Of a stretch of 64,000 bases of DNA, positions 51,584 to 62,408 are shown one piece after another. The translations under genes and the position numbers were made by a program. This stretch comes from an uncultured cyanobacterium (lineage in GTDB: Bacteria > Cyanobacteriota > Cyanobacteriia > Cyanobacteriales > Nostocaceae): NCBI GenBank assembly GCA_963706595.1, contig OY970166.1, forward strand, positions 1,984,001 through 2,048,000. The letters are read 5' to 3'. The notes beneath the pieces were generated by a model. The model did not search any database and was not told the DNA's origin. It saw only the letters and a program-made list of their open reading frames with translations. Each line of letters starts with the position of its first letter. Within the stretch, counting starts at the first letter, position 1.

Positions 51584-52674
51584 CGTGAAGGTCTTCCTCC
51601 CAGGATGTTCTTTTTCCACAATTCTCCTAAGCTGTAGTCTTCCAACCACTCATGTAAATCATCCTCCTTTAATCTGCGAAGTAATGATTTTCCATCTTCT
51701 CTATCTACAACAATTACATCTTTAACATCAAATTCATTTAATAGTTCAACTGATTGAGTGGAAACAATAACTTGTTTTTCTCTGGAAGTTGCACGCATCA
51801 AGGATGCCAATACAGTGATTGCATAAGGGTGAAGACCTAACTCAGGTTCATCAACTAAAATTGTTCCAGGTTGCAAAGAAGTCGGTTGTAAAAAAACAGT
51901 TGCTAAACAGATAAAACGCAGTGTTCCATCAGAAAAAAGATGGGCTTTGAAGGGAATATCTTGATTTTGCTCAAACCATTCTAGTTCTATTACTTCCTTA
52001 TTTTGTGGAGAAGGTCGTAAATGAAAATCACCAAAAAAAGGAGCAACAAGTCTAATTGTTTTAATGATTCGTTGATAAGAATCAGGATGATTTTCTTTTA
52101 ATAAATACAAAAAAGCAGCTAGATTACTGCCATCTGGACGCAGGTAAATATTATCATTAATACTATGTGGTTGCTTCACATAAGCCGTGTCACTGGTATC
52201 ATGGAAATGGTAAACCCGCCATTGTCGCATAGCAGGTAATATGTAGTCGTCAATTTGAGTTTTATTACCCTGGAAAGCTTTAGTTTCAAAATGACCACTG
52301 CCGATTTTACGCCTATCGCCCATGTTCCACCAAAAAGACTCTTCGGAAAACATGAGACGATTATCTTTAGTTGGTTCAAAGGTGGCAAAATATCCGTTGT
52401 TGCCAAAGTAAAGCTCAATTTCTAGTTGTTTGGTTTTTTTTCGACCAAAATGCAAGATTGTATCTGGTCCACCTTGGCGACTTACAAAAATTTGCAACTG
52501 TTCATCAAGTATCTGTTGCACCATGCGAAAAAAGCCGATAAAGTTAGATTTACCAGCACCATTACAGCCAATAAGTATATTGAGTTGAGAAAGCTGGATG
52601 TCACATTCGGCGATGGATTTAAAACCCTTTAAAATAATTCTTGATAGTTGCTTTTCACTGCTCAAATTTGTCAT
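51580..52674 (-). CDS. ABC/AAA_21-type ATPase
   Basis: GFKSI, GCNGAGKSN, FSDGTLR signature, LVDEPELGLHP, VSTQS. Confidence 0.9.
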   Translation of the reverse strand: MTNLSSEKQLSRIILKGFKSIAECDIQLSQLNILIGCNGAGKSNFIGFFRMVQQILDEQLQIFVSRQGGPDTILHFGRKKTKQLEIELYFGNNGYFATFEPTKDNRLMFSEESFWWNMGDRRKIGSGHFETKAFQGNKTQIDDYILPAMRQWRVYHFHDTSDTAYVKQPHSINDNIYLRPDGSNLAAFLYLLKENHPDSYQRIIKTIRLVAPFFGDFHLRPSPQNKEVIELEWFEQNQDIPFKAHLFSDGTLRFICLATVFLQPTSLQPGTILVDEPELGLHPYAITVLASLMRATSREKQVIVSTQSVELLNEFDVKDVIVVDREDGKSLLRRLKEDDLHEWLEDYSLGELWKKNILGGRPSR

Positions 52675-52712
52675 GGAACAGTCTCCTATTTTTTCTGTAG
52701 AGATGCTTCCCG

Positions 52713-53153
52713 TTAAGCGAAGAAACTGGGGTCAAGAATTTGCTCAATTGTAAACGGACATTCAGCCGGAAAAATTTCTCCTGAGTTTTGAGTTTCTTTA
52801 GCTGCGTCTCGACAAGCACGACGGTAGTATTTTTCTCTCCACACTGAATCTTGAAGATAACGCCGCAAACTGGGAGTATCTTCTAAGCAATCTTGAATTT
52901 GATTTCGGCAGTTGGAAAGGGTGTTATCCCAGCTTTTGGTTCTGCTTTCTGGCTGATACTGGCTTTTGAGTAAGTGCATTAACAGCACCTGTAAATAGCT
53001 GCCGAGTTCTTTCTGTTCGCTGCGCCCCAAAGCCTCTATTTCCTCTACCAAGTTTTCAATGTCTAACTCAGCCCAATGTCCTTTTTTCAACAACTCGGCT
53101 TGTTGTTGTGTCCACAGCAGAAAATCTTGCTCATAACCAGTTTCTTTACTCAT
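52713..53153 (-). CDS. DUF29 family protein
   Basis: YEQDFLLW, LDIENLVEEIEALGRS, HLLK.QYQP, TPSL, ECPFT. Confidence 0.9.
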   Translation of the reverse strand: MSKETGYEQDFLLWTQQQAELLKKGHWAELDIENLVEEIEALGRSEQKELGSYLQVLLMHLLKSQYQPESRTKSWDNTLSNCRNQIQDCLEDTPSLRRYLQDSVWREKYYRRACRDAAKETQNSGEIFPAECPFTIEQILDPSFFA

Positions 53154-53159
53154 CCTCAA

Positions 53160-53244
53160 ATTACGAATTACGTTAGCGAAGCTCCTCTGAAAGAGGCACT
53201 ACGAACTACGAATTACGAACTACGAATTACGAATTACGAATTAC
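53160..53244. repeat. STRR heptamer tract (TTACGAA)n with an inserted short element
   Basis: Tandem ATTACGA units interrupted by TTAGCGAAGCTCCTCTGAAAGAGGC; same unit at 59662-59712. Confidence 0.85.
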
Positions 53245-54329
53245 AATACCTTACACTGTCCATGATGGCGTAATAAATGGTCACATAAAACTAATGCTAC
53301 CATTGCTTCAACCATTGGCACGGCACGAGGTAATACACAAGGATCATGTCTGCCTTTGGCTGCTAATACTGTTTCTTCACCTTCTTTAGTAACTGTTTTT
53401 TGCTCTTTTCTAATGGTGGCTGTGGGTTTAAATGCAACTCTTAAAATTATATTTTCACCGTTGGAAATTCCCCCTTGAATGCCTCCAGAACGATTTGTTA
53501 CGGTGCGAATTTCTCCGTTTTCATCAATATAAAATTCGTCGTTATGTTCAATTCCGGTTAATAGTGTCCCGGCAAAACCTGAACCAATTTCAAAGCCTTT
53601 GCTAGCGGGTAGAGACATCACACCTTTGGCAATATCTGCTTCTAATTTATCAAATACTGGTTCGCCTAAGCCTTTGGGGACATTCCGGGCTACGCATTCT
53701 ACTACACCGCCGATGGAATTACCTTGTTTACCTATTTCTTCTATTAATGAAATCATGCGATCGCAGCATTCGGCATCGGGACAGCGTACAATATTACTTT
53801 CGACTTGTTCTAAGGTGACGGTGTTAGGATCAATTACGCCTTCTAAGTCTTTGATGCGCTTGACGTAACCGATAATTTCAATATTGGCAACTTGACGGAG
53901 AATTTTTTTAGCGATCGCACCAGCTGCAACTCTACCTATTGTCTCACGGGCTGACGATCTGCCGCCACCTTGCCAATTACGAATGCCATATTTTGCATCA
54001 TAAGTTGCATCGGCGTGGGATGGGCGATATGTTTGCGCCATCTCGTCGTAGTCTTGGGGACGGGTGTCTTTATTCCGCACCATAATGGCTATGGGTGTTC
54101 CCAAGGTTTTCCCTGCAAATACTCCAGAGAGGATTTCGCAAGTGTCTGCTTCTTTGCGGGGTGTGGTAATTTTACTTTGTCCCGGTCGTCTTCTGTCTAG
54201 TTCTACTTGAATTTCTTCGGCTGTAATTTCCAGTTGTGGAGGACAGCCATCAATTATAACCCCCACTCCGCCGCCGTGGGACTCGCCAAATGTTGTGATG
54301 CGGAATAAATGTCCGAATGTGTTACCCAT
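53241..54329 (-). CDS. aroC: Chorismate synthase
   Basis: [34 protein letters not shown]. Confidence 0.97.
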   Translation of the reverse strand: MGNTFGHLFRITTFGESHGGGVGVIIDGCPPQLEITAEEIQVELDRRRPGQSKITTPRKEADTCEILSGVFAGKTLGTPIAIMVRNKDTRPQDYDEMAQTYRPSHADATYDAKYGIRNWQGGGRSSARETIGRVAAGAIAKKILRQVANIEIIGYVKRIKDLEGVIDPNTVTLEQVESNIVRCPDAECCDRMISLIEEIGKQGNSIGGVVECVARNVPKGLGEPVFDKLEADIAKGVMSLPASKGFEIGSGFAGTLLTGIEHNDEFYIDENGEIRTVTNRSGGIQGGISNGENIILRVAFKPTATIRKEQKTVTKEGEETVLAAKGRHDPCVLPRAVPMVEAMVALVLCDHLLRHHGQCKVL

Positions 54330-54483
54330 GTTGTTGAGGAAAATTAGTGAGGCTTTTGTATTGTACCGAATGTTATCACGTTATAAAATGATCAGTTTTT
54401 CGGTTTTGAGGACGTTAGCGTAGCTTGCGCGTAGCGCATACCGCCAAGTCGCCAAGTACGCCAAGGGGAGAGAGTTTGAGGAA

Positions 54484-55383
54484 TTATTCAAGGTTTAAGT
54501 TTGCACTCATTAAGTCTTCTAGGTTTGTGACTAATTTGGTGCAAATTTGATCTACTGGTAAGTCGTTGGGTTCGAGTCCAAAGGGGTTTTCTATTTGATT
54601 GGCAATTTCTTCTACGCCTAGCAAAATAAAACTGATGACTGCGACGATTGGCGCTGTCCACCAATTTAGGTTATGTACAAGTTGTAAGGGTAATATTAGA
54701 CAATATATTAATAAAACTCTCTTGAGATATATTGTATATGCTAAGGGGACTGGTGTTGTTAAAATTCGTTCACAACCGATGAATCCTTCTACCATGTTAT
54801 CTAGTGCGGTGTTCATGGCTATTAGTTCAAATATTGAGATGCGATTTTGGTTTTGCTGCTGTTTGAGATAATCGCCAATCCATAAGGCTATTCTTAAGGG
54901 CGGACTTTTTGCATCTTTGATTTCTAAATATTGTGCTGGTGTGAGTAAGGTTTCTAATTCGCTATTGACGGGTAAGCGTCTTAGTTGTAGTTTTGTGGCG
55001 ACGGAAAAGGCACTTAATAATTTTACTGCGGCTGCTTTTCTTTCTCCATCTACAGGTTCTTTTTCTAGAATTAATAGCCTAATTCTTCTCCCTAAGTTTA
55101 AACTATTAATAACTATCGTTCCCCAGATTTGCCGACCTTCCCAATATCTACTATATGCTGTATTTGTGCGAAATACCATTAATAATCCTAAGACAAGATT
55201 ATAGGCTACATTACTAATTACACTACTAAAAACTTGTTGTGGTAAGTCATAGCCGTAGTAGTGAATTACAGATACGATAAATCCTAATCCACTACATAAC
55301 ATTAGTCGGGGGAAAATAGCCGGAACTACTGAACCTTTTATTTGTAAAGCCACTTGCAACCAATTGGGTTTTTCAACAATCAT
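54484..55383 (-). CDS. Bestrophin family protein
   Basis: FRTNTAYSRYWEGR, CERILTTP, IENPFG...NDLP. Confidence 0.9.
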   Translation of the reverse strand: MIVEKPNWLQVALQIKGSVVPAIFPRLMLCSGLGFIVSVIHYYGYDLPQQVFSSVISNVAYNLVLGLLMVFRTNTAYSRYWEGRQIWGTIVINSLNLGRRIRLLILEKEPVDGERKAAAVKLLSAFSVATKLQLRRLPVNSELETLLTPAQYLEIKDAKSPPLRIALWIGDYLKQQQNQNRISIFELIAMNTALDNMVEGFIGCERILTTPVPLAYTIYLKRVLLIYCLILPLQLVHNLNWWTAPIVAVISFILLGVEEIANQIENPFGLEPNDLPVDQICTKLVTNLEDLMSANLNLE

Positions 55384-55526
55384 CTGAATTTTTACATTTA
55401 TGGCGTTTTGCAATGGGAGAGGTGATGGAAGAGATAATTAACCACAGATGCACACAGATAAATATAGATGAATCTGTGCTATAATGGTGTAATTATCCGA
55501 TTCTTTGAGTGGCTTTTTGAGGGTTT

Positions 55527-56834
55527 TTATCCTAAGTCTTGATGGGTAAATGATTGGGCATTTTCTCCAGTATATGCGGCGACAATATGACCGTTACCAG
55601 TCATTTGATATTTGTAGGTAATTAATCCTTCTAAACCAACGGGACCACGGGGCGGCATTTGTTGGGTGCTAATTCCTACTTCTGCACCGAAACCGTAGCG
55701 GAAACCATCGGCGAATCGGGTAGAACAATTGTGAAATACTCCGGCTGCATTTACTAGTCCAAAGAAGGTTTCTACTGCTGCTAAGTCTTCTGTGATGATG
55801 GCTTCTGTATGACGGGAACCATATTCGTTAATATGTGCGATCGCATCTTCTATTGAATCGACTATTTTAATCGATAAAATGAAATCGCTGTATTCTGTCT
55901 CCCAGTCTGTATCTGTGGCTTTGGCAATATTTGGGAATATCTCTAAGCTGCGTTGATCACCTTTTAATTCTACATCAACTAGTTGCAAAGACTCCGCAAT
56001 TTTTGGTAAAAAGTCGGCGGCTATGGATTGGTGAACTAACAAAGTTTCAATGGCATTACAAGCAGCAGCATATTGAATTTTAGCATCCACTGTAACTTTA
56101 ATAGCTTTGGCTATATCGGCAGCTTTGTCTATATATAGATGACAAATTCCTTCGGCGTGTCCTAATACGGGAATGCGGGTATTATCTTGGACAAACTGCA
56201 CAAAGGAATTAGAACCTCTGGGAATAATTAAATCTACATATTTATCTAAATTTAAAAGTTCTAAGGTTTCTTCTCTGGTTGTTAATAACTGCACTGCATC
56301 TGAGTTCACCGCAGTCTGAGATAATCCTTGTTTAATGGCTTTAACTATGGCTTCACAAGAACGAATCGCTTCTTTTCCACCTTTGAGAATTACACCATTA
56401 CCTGATTTTATCGCCAGGGAAACAATTTGAATTGCTGCTTCTGGACGGGCTTCAAAAATAATCCCCAACACACCCAAAGGACAAGTTATGCGCTTGAGAA
56501 CTAAACCTGTATCAAGTTCCCGGTGAATCTGCACTTGACCCACTGGATCTGCTAGTTTAGCCACATCTCGCACCCCTGCGATCGCATCTCTTAATTTATG
56601 TTCATCTAACTGCAACCGTTTATACAGTGGTTTAGCAATTCCCTCAGCAGATGCGGCTTGACAATCGGCGATATTTGCCTGTAAAATCTCGTCCTTAGCT
56701 GATTCTAAAGCTTGGGCGATCGCTTCTAGAGCTTGATTTTTCGCTTCAGTGTCCAGAAGTGCCAATTTACTAGCAGCTTGGCGGGTTTGTTGGGCGATCG
56801 CAATTAACGGAAAAGTATCTTGAATTATAGTCAT
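55527..56834 (-). CDS. proA: Gamma-glutamyl phosphate reductase
   Basis: [42 protein letters not shown]. Confidence 0.95.
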   Translation of the reverse strand: MTIIQDTFPLIAIAQQTRQAASKLALLDTEAKNQALEAIAQALESAKDEILQANIADCQAASAEGIAKPLYKRLQLDEHKLRDAIAGVRDVAKLADPVGQVQIHRELDTGLVLKRITCPLGVLGIIFEARPEAAIQIVSLAIKSGNGVILKGGKEAIRSCEAIVKAIKQGLSQTAVNSDAVQLLTTREETLELLNLDKYVDLIIPRGSNSFVQFVQDNTRIPVLGHAEGICHLYIDKAADIAKAIKVTVDAKIQYAAACNAIETLLVHQSIAADFLPKIAESLQLVDVELKGDQRSLEIFPNIAKATDTDWETEYSDFILSIKIVDSIEDAIAHINEYGSRHTEAIITEDLAAVETFFGLVNAAGVFHNCSTRFADGFRYGFGAEVGISTQQMPPRGPVGLEGLITYKYQMTGNGHIVAAYTGENAQSFTHQDLG

Positions 56835-56996
56835 CTTAAAAAACTGAGCTTTTTCCTCATCCTATCAATCTTAGGAATCTGAATTAAATAACATCTCTAT
56901 CTCCCCTCTCCTTAGCAAGGAGAGGGGCTGGGGGTGAGGTTCTCCATATTATACTGGTTGATTTTCCGTGAATGGGTTTTAGACTTTTCCCACGTC

Positions 56997-57935
56997 CTAA
57001 CCACCTTGGCGATTTTCTGGCGAATAAGGAACACCTAAGCCTTGGGGAGGTCTAGATTTACCAGCTAATCCCAATAATGCCAATAAAGCGATCGCATAAG
57101 GTAACATGGCGAGAAACTGATAGGGAATGTTCACACCCAGGGCTTGAATTCGTAACTGTAAAGCTTCTGTCGCGCCAAACAACAAACAAGCCAGAGTACT
57201 ACCTATAGGATGCCATCTGCCAAAAATTAAAGCTGCGATCGCAATAAATCCTTTCCCTGCACTCATATTTTCGGCAAAAAATTGTATTTGTACTAAAGTC
57301 AGATAAGCACCTCCTAAACTGGCAAGACAGCCACTAAGGATAATCGCCCAATATCGCACCTGTGAGACTGCAACCCCAGTCGTTGCAGCAGCTTGGGGAT
57401 ATTCACCTACAGCCCGTAAAGTCAAACCAAAGCTAGTGTGAAATAAAATATAGTAACTTACAGCAACTAGAATTATTAGTAAATATACGAAAACATCTTG
57501 CTGAAACAATATAGAACCCAGTAGAGGGATATTCGCCAAACCAGGAATGACTAAAGGCTCAATTCCTGCTAATCTCTGAGTGCTACCACCATCAAATACT
57601 AACCGTGCTAAAAACGATGTTACCCCGGCAGTTACCAGATTAATCGCTAAACCTGATACTAATTGATTGACGTATAAACTTACGCATAGAAAAGCGTGGA
57701 GTAAACCGACTAATCCCCCAGCAATTAACGCACAGAGAATTCCCAGCCAAGGATTACCCGTGTAGAAAGTGGCGACAGCACTAGTAAAAGCACCAGTGAG
57801 TAACATTCCTTCTAAGGCAATATTTAGCACTCCTGACCGTTCAGAGTACATTCCCCCAAGGGCTGCATAAGCTAGGGGTACGGCTAAACGCAGACTAGCA
57901 ATTAAGTAGTCAGAGAAAAAGTTAAGGTTATCCAT
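56997..57935 (-). CDS. ABC transporter permease (nucleoside/BMP-associated type)
   Basis: SERSGVLNIALEG, GLTLRAVGE, GKGFIAIAALIFGRW. Confidence 0.9.
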   Translation of the reverse strand: MDNLNFFSDYLIASLRLAVPLAYAALGGMYSERSGVLNIALEGMLLTGAFTSAVATFYTGNPWLGILCALIAGGLVGLLHAFLCVSLYVNQLVSGLAINLVTAGVTSFLARLVFDGGSTQRLAGIEPLVIPGLANIPLLGSILFQQDVFVYLLIILVAVSYYILFHTSFGLTLRAVGEYPQAAATTGVAVSQVRYWAIILSGCLASLGGAYLTLVQIQFFAENMSAGKGFIAIAALIFGRWHPIGSTLACLLFGATEALQLRIQALGVNIPYQFLAMLPYAIALLALLGLAGKSRPPQGLGVPYSPENRQGG

Positions 57936-58011
57936 AGTTTTTATTTTTAAACGCAAAGGAACGCTGAGGAAAGCGCAAAGTATCGCCAAGAAATCTCCGC
58001 GTACCTCTGCG

Positions 58012-59064
58012 TTAAACCTTAGCGTCACTCTGCGTTTTTACTTTTCTTTCAATGGCGAGACTGATAGCAATGAATAATACTGTTAATCCTTGAATAGCGT
58101 AAACTACAGTTACAGGTACGCCAGCACTACGTTGCATCACATTAGCACCACTACGTAAGGCGGCGAAGAATAAAGAAGTCAACACTACACCGCTAATACT
58201 ACCGCGACTTAAAAAGGCGATCGCAATGGCATCAAATCCATAGCCTGGGGATACCTGTTCAAATAGGCGGAACTTCAACCCCATGACTTCAGTTGCACCT
58301 GCTAACCCCGCTAAACCACCTGCTAACGACATAACGAGCATAATCGTATTTTTCACAGAGATGCGGGCATAATGGGCGGCTGTGGGGTTAAAACCAACGG
58401 CAGCAATTTGGTATCCTAGAGGCGATCGCACTAATAACACCCATAACAGTCCGGCGGCGAGTAGTGCTAATAAAATGCCAGCATGGGCTAAACTTTGGGG
58501 TAAGATAATCGGCAACTGTGCAGATTTGGCAATCAATGGGGAATAAGGACTAGGTGCGCCGGGTGCTTGTAAGGGGTTCTGCACTAAGTAGCTAATTAAA
58601 TACACGGCAATGTAATTTAGTAAGAGGGTAGTGATGACTTCATTGACTCCTCGCACAGCTTTGAGATAACCAGGAATCCAACCCCAAACCGCACCAAAGC
58701 CAAACCCAGCCACAAGTGCTAGGGGAATGTGGATAATAGCGGGTAATCCTGGCACATATAAACCGATTAAAGTGCTACCTAATGCACCAAGGTAAATTTG
58801 TCCTTCACCACCGATATTAAATTGACCCGCCCGCAATGCGACTAAGACACCTAAACTGGTAAATAATAAGGGTGTCATTTTGGTCAAGGTATTGCCAAAT
58901 CCAAAATAAGTAGTCAGAGATTCTTGAAATAAAGCTGTGTAGGCGGTGATAGGATTTGCCCCAGCCATTAAGATGAGAATAGCACCGACAATCAGGGCAG
59001 AGGCGATCGCAATTAGCGGTGCTAGAATTGGTAGCAGGATTTGAAAGCGTTTATTTCTAATCAT
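58012..59064 (-). CDS. ABC transporter permease (nucleoside/BMP-associated type)
   Basis: FNIGGEGQ, NEVITTLLLNY, GYGFDAIAIA; likely ATG at 59064. Confidence 0.9.
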   Translation of the reverse strand: MIRNKRFQILLPILAPLIAIASALIVGAILILMAGANPITAYTALFQESLTTYFGFGNTLTKMTPLLFTSLGVLVALRAGQFNIGGEGQIYLGALGSTLIGLYVPGLPAIIHIPLALVAGFGFGAVWGWIPGYLKAVRGVNEVITTLLLNYIAVYLISYLVQNPLQAPGAPSPYSPLIAKSAQLPIILPQSLAHAGILLALLAAGLLWVLLVRSPLGYQIAAVGFNPTAAHYARISVKNTIMLVMSLAGGLAGLAGATEVMGLKFRLFEQVSPGYGFDAIAIAFLSRGSISGVVLTSLFFAALRSGANVMQRSAGVPVTVVYAIQGLTVLFIAISLAIERKVKTQSDAKV

Positions 59065-59070
59065 GATGAA

Positions 59071-59640
59071 ATGATTGCCACCCCTCAACCTCAAAAAATG
59101 AGTATCGACCAATATCTTGCATGGGAACCATTACAAGATTGTCGCTATGAATACGTGAATGGCGAAATTTTCGCTATGACTGGCGGTACAATTCCTCATA
59201 ATGATATTGCCTTAAATCTCTACAGAGCATTGTATCCCCATCTACGCACTAGAGGTTGTCGCATCAACGTTGCTGATGTCAAAGTGCAAGTTAATACACA
59301 AAGTCCGTACTTTTATCCTGACGTGGTGATTAGTTGTGATCCCAGAGATTTAAATGCACGCAAATTTATTCAATATCCCAAAATAATTGTCGAAGTGCTT
59401 TCTCCTGGAACAGAAGCTAAAGATAGAGGAGGTAAGTTTGCTTTTTATCGCACCATGCCCAGTTTGCAAGAATATATCATAATTGAATCTGAGAAAATCG
59501 GAGTTGAGTTTTATCGTCGAGGAGAAGGCCGAATGTGGCTGTATTCCCCTTATACAATTGGTGATAATATTACTATAGAAAGTGTTTATTTTAGTTGTGC
59601 GATTGATTTAATTTATGAAGGCATAAGTTGGGATATATAA
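59071..59640 (+). CDS. Uma2 family endonuclease
   Basis: RYEYVNGEIFAMTGG, FYPDVVISC, IVEVLSPGT. Confidence 0.9.
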   Translation: MIATPQPQKMSIDQYLAWEPLQDCRYEYVNGEIFAMTGGTIPHNDIALNLYRALYPHLRTRGCRINVADVKVQVNTQSPYFYPDVVISCDPRDLNARKFIQYPKIIVEVLSPGTEAKDRGGKFAFYRTMPSLQEYIIIESEKIGVEFYRRGEGRMWLYSPYTIGDNITIESVYFSCAIDLIYEGISWDI

Positions 59641-59711
59641 AGATAAATTGCAAGAATCATAATTACGAACTACGAATTACGAATTACGAATTACGAATTA
59701 CGAATTACGAA

Positions 59712-61187
59712 TTATCCTCTGGGTGTCCCTTCAGCCATCAATAAACCAATTTCTTCAAGCGTTGCGGTCTGTGCGTCCAAAATAGCGACAAACTCACCTC
59801 TGTAAATTACAGCAATGCGATCGCTCATCGCCATTACTTCTTCTAACTCAGTAGAAATATACAATATTCCGGCACCGCGATCGCGTTCTGCTAATAATCG
59901 AGAATGAACTGCACTTGTCGCCCCTACATCTAAACCCCGTGTGGGTTGCATAGCTATAATTAAATCTGGTTCTCCCGCCAATTCCCTCGCTAAAACTACC
60001 TTTTGTTGATTTCCCCCCGATAGTTGACTTACCTGGATATTTTCCCCAGTCGCCCGAATATCAAACTCCTGCATTGCAACTTGGGCATAATTTCTGATAA
60101 CTGGTGTTTGTAATAAGAAATGTCGGCAAAATGGTGATTTTTTCCAAGCTTTTAAAATCAAGTTTTGGGCAATGCTAAACTGCAACACTAAACCCATTTT
60201 TTGCCTATCTTCAGGAATGTACCCGATTTTCTCCCAGGTACAAGAATGATTAAATTCAATCTTACCTTTATTTATACCTCTTAACCCGGCGATCGCATCA
60301 GCTAATTCTCGCTGTCCATTACCATCTACACCAGCAATTCCCAAAATTTCCCCAGCTTGCAATTGCAATGAAACATTCCGAATAGCAGGAATACCCCGAT
60401 CATCTACAACTGCTAAATTTTGGACTGATAATATCACCTTTCCCGGCACAAATGTAGATTTATTCACTTGTAAAGCTACTTCTCGCCCGACCATCAATTG
60501 GGCTAATTGCTGTGGAGTTGATTGTTGAGTTGTTGTTGTTGCGATTACCTGACCTCGCCGCAACACTGTGACGGTATCGCAGAGATTAATCACTTCTTCT
60601 AACTTGTGACTAATAAAAATAATCGTGTTACCAGATGCTGCCAATTGTCGTAAAATATGAATTAGTGATATTACTTCAGTTGGTGTCAGAACTGCTGTTG
60701 GTTCATCGAGAATTAATAGTTTAGCTTGACGATATAAAACCTTGAGAATTTCTACTCTTTGTTGTGTTCCCACAGGTAAATCTTCTACTTTGGCTGTAGG
60801 GTCAATTTCTAGCCCATAAGCCTGGGATAAAGCGAAAATTTCTTGTTGTTTTTGCCGCAAATTTAAACGCCAACTATTTTCTCTACCTAAAATGATATTC
60901 TCGGTAACAGTTAACTGAGGTACAAGCATGAAATGTTGATAAATCATGCCTATACCGAGTTTTATTGCTTCATTTGGCGAAGTAATTTTTACTGGCTGAT
61001 CATGGAGATAAATTTGCCCTGCATCAGGTTGATAGACACCACTGAGAATATTCATTAAAGTGGTCTTACCTGCGCCATTTTCTCCTAAAATTCCATGAAT
61101 TTTCCCAGAATCTACACTCAGGCTAATATTGTCATTAGCAACAAATGAGTTAAAGCATTTGCTAATATTTTCTAAACGTAAATTCAT
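59712..61187 (-). CDS. ABC transporter ATP-binding protein (tandem NBD, CUT2 type)
   Basis: GENGAGKT, LDEPTAVL, LSGGNQQK, QPTRGLDVGA. Confidence 0.93.
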   Translation of the reverse strand: MNLRLENISKCFNSFVANDNISLSVDSGKIHGILGENGAGKTTLMNILSGVYQPDAGQIYLHDQPVKITSPNEAIKLGIGMIYQHFMLVPQLTVTENIILGRENSWRLNLRQKQQEIFALSQAYGLEIDPTAKVEDLPVGTQQRVEILKVLYRQAKLLILDEPTAVLTPTEVISLIHILRQLAASGNTIIFISHKLEEVINLCDTVTVLRRGQVIATTTTQQSTPQQLAQLMVGREVALQVNKSTFVPGKVILSVQNLAVVDDRGIPAIRNVSLQLQAGEILGIAGVDGNGQRELADAIAGLRGINKGKIEFNHSCTWEKIGYIPEDRQKMGLVLQFSIAQNLILKAWKKSPFCRHFLLQTPVIRNYAQVAMQEFDIRATGENIQVSQLSGGNQQKVVLARELAGEPDLIIAMQPTRGLDVGATSAVHSRLLAERDRGAGILYISTELEEVMAMSDRIAVIYRGEFVAILDAQTATLEEIGLLMAEGTPRG

Positions 61188-61193
61188 TTATTT

Positions 61194-62234
61194 TCAAGCT
61201 TTTTTAACACAGCGTGTATCTTTCCCAGCTTCTTGACAACTTGCAAAAGTAATTTTTTTCTCGGCAATTTCTTGTTTGACTTGTAAAGCATTTTGTTGTA
61301 TATCTTCCGGGACATTTACCCCAAATTTACCTAAAGATAATATATCTGGTCGTTCCAAACCGATAGTATATATCTGTCCTTGGAGTTGTTTTTGTTTTGC
61401 CAGTTCTGCTAAATAGGCTATTGCTATATCCAAACGTTTCACTGCACTGGTTAAGACTGCTTGGGGGGCAATATCTAGCTGGTCTTTAGTATTGCCAAAA
61501 GCATAAACTCCTTGATCACTGGCTGCTTGTAAAACTGCGGTTCCAGCACTATCTAACCATTGATAAATGACATCAGCACCTGAAGAAATTAACGCCAATG
61601 TCGCTTCTTTGGCTTTAGCAACATCATTCCAATCACCTGTAAATGTGGAAACAATTTGAATATTAGGTTTAACTGATTTTGCCCCTAATTCAAATCCTCG
61701 TAGTTCTTCTTCTGTGGCGTTAAATTTTTGTCCAGCAATATAAGCTAGTTTATTAGATTTAGTCACAGCAGCGCCAATAATGCCACATAGATAACTACCT
61801 TGCAGGTGGTCAATTCTTAAAGAAGCAATATTTTCTGCCTTGGTGTTACCATTTACACCCACAAAAAATGTCTGGGGAAATTGGGCGGCGACTTGTTCTA
61901 TAGCTGCGTCAAATTGTCCGCCGTGGGCGAATACCAAATTATAACCCTTGCGGGCAAAGTCTGTTAATACTTCTGTTTGATCTGCTTGGGCGATTTGTTC
62001 CACATAGGCAATTTCTGCATTTAGCTTTTGTTTAGCTAGGTTTACGCCTTCGTAACCAGACTGATTCCAAGCTTGATCAGATATTACTCCAGGAAGTGCG
62101 ATCGCTATTTTAAAATCTGACCCACTACTACTAACAGGAGTTGGATTACTACTGCAAGCTTTCAGCAACAAGCTAGTAGCAAAAGTCGCTGAACCAGATA
62201 AAACAAATTTACGACGGTTAAAATTTAGATTCAT
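61194..62234 (-). CDS. BMP family ABC substrate-binding lipoprotein
   Basis: RRKF Tat-like signal, LKAC lipobox, [17 protein letters not shown]. Confidence 0.9.
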   Translation of the reverse strand: MNLNFNRRKFVLSGSATFATSLLLKACSSNPTPVSSSGSDFKIAIALPGVISDQAWNQSGYEGVNLAKQKLNAEIAYVEQIAQADQTEVLTDFARKGYNLVFAHGGQFDAAIEQVAAQFPQTFFVGVNGNTKAENIASLRIDHLQGSYLCGIIGAAVTKSNKLAYIAGQKFNATEEELRGFELGAKSVKPNIQIVSTFTGDWNDVAKAKEATLALISSGADVIYQWLDSAGTAVLQAASDQGVYAFGNTKDQLDIAPQAVLTSAVKRLDIAIAYLAELAKQKQLQGQIYTIGLERPDILSLGKFGVNVPEDIQQNALQVKQEIAEKKITFASCQEAGKDTRCVKKA

Positions 62235-62308
62235 ACAATTTTGGATTTGAGATTTTGGATTTTAGATTAACCCAATCAGAGGTTCGCGGCTATTTGGAGA
62301 AGAAAAAT

Positions 62309-62407
62309 GCGTTCCGTGGATTCAAACAGTCCGGTATGGGTCGCGAACTCGGTGAATACGGACTGCAACAATACACCGAAGTCAAGACTGTTACAATAAA
62401 ACTATAA
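62309..62407 (+). pseudogene. Aldehyde dehydrogenase C-terminal fragment
   Basis: Translates [32 protein letters not shown], matching the ALDH C-terminal PFGGxKxSGxGRExGxxGL..Y.E.K.V motif; no start or upstream body. Confidence 0.8.
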
Positions 62408-62408
62408 A

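Noticed and set aside
62235..62408. Purine-type riboswitch ahead of the BMP transporter
   Set aside because: No purine riboswitch consensus seen; most of the gap is explained by the ALDH fragment.
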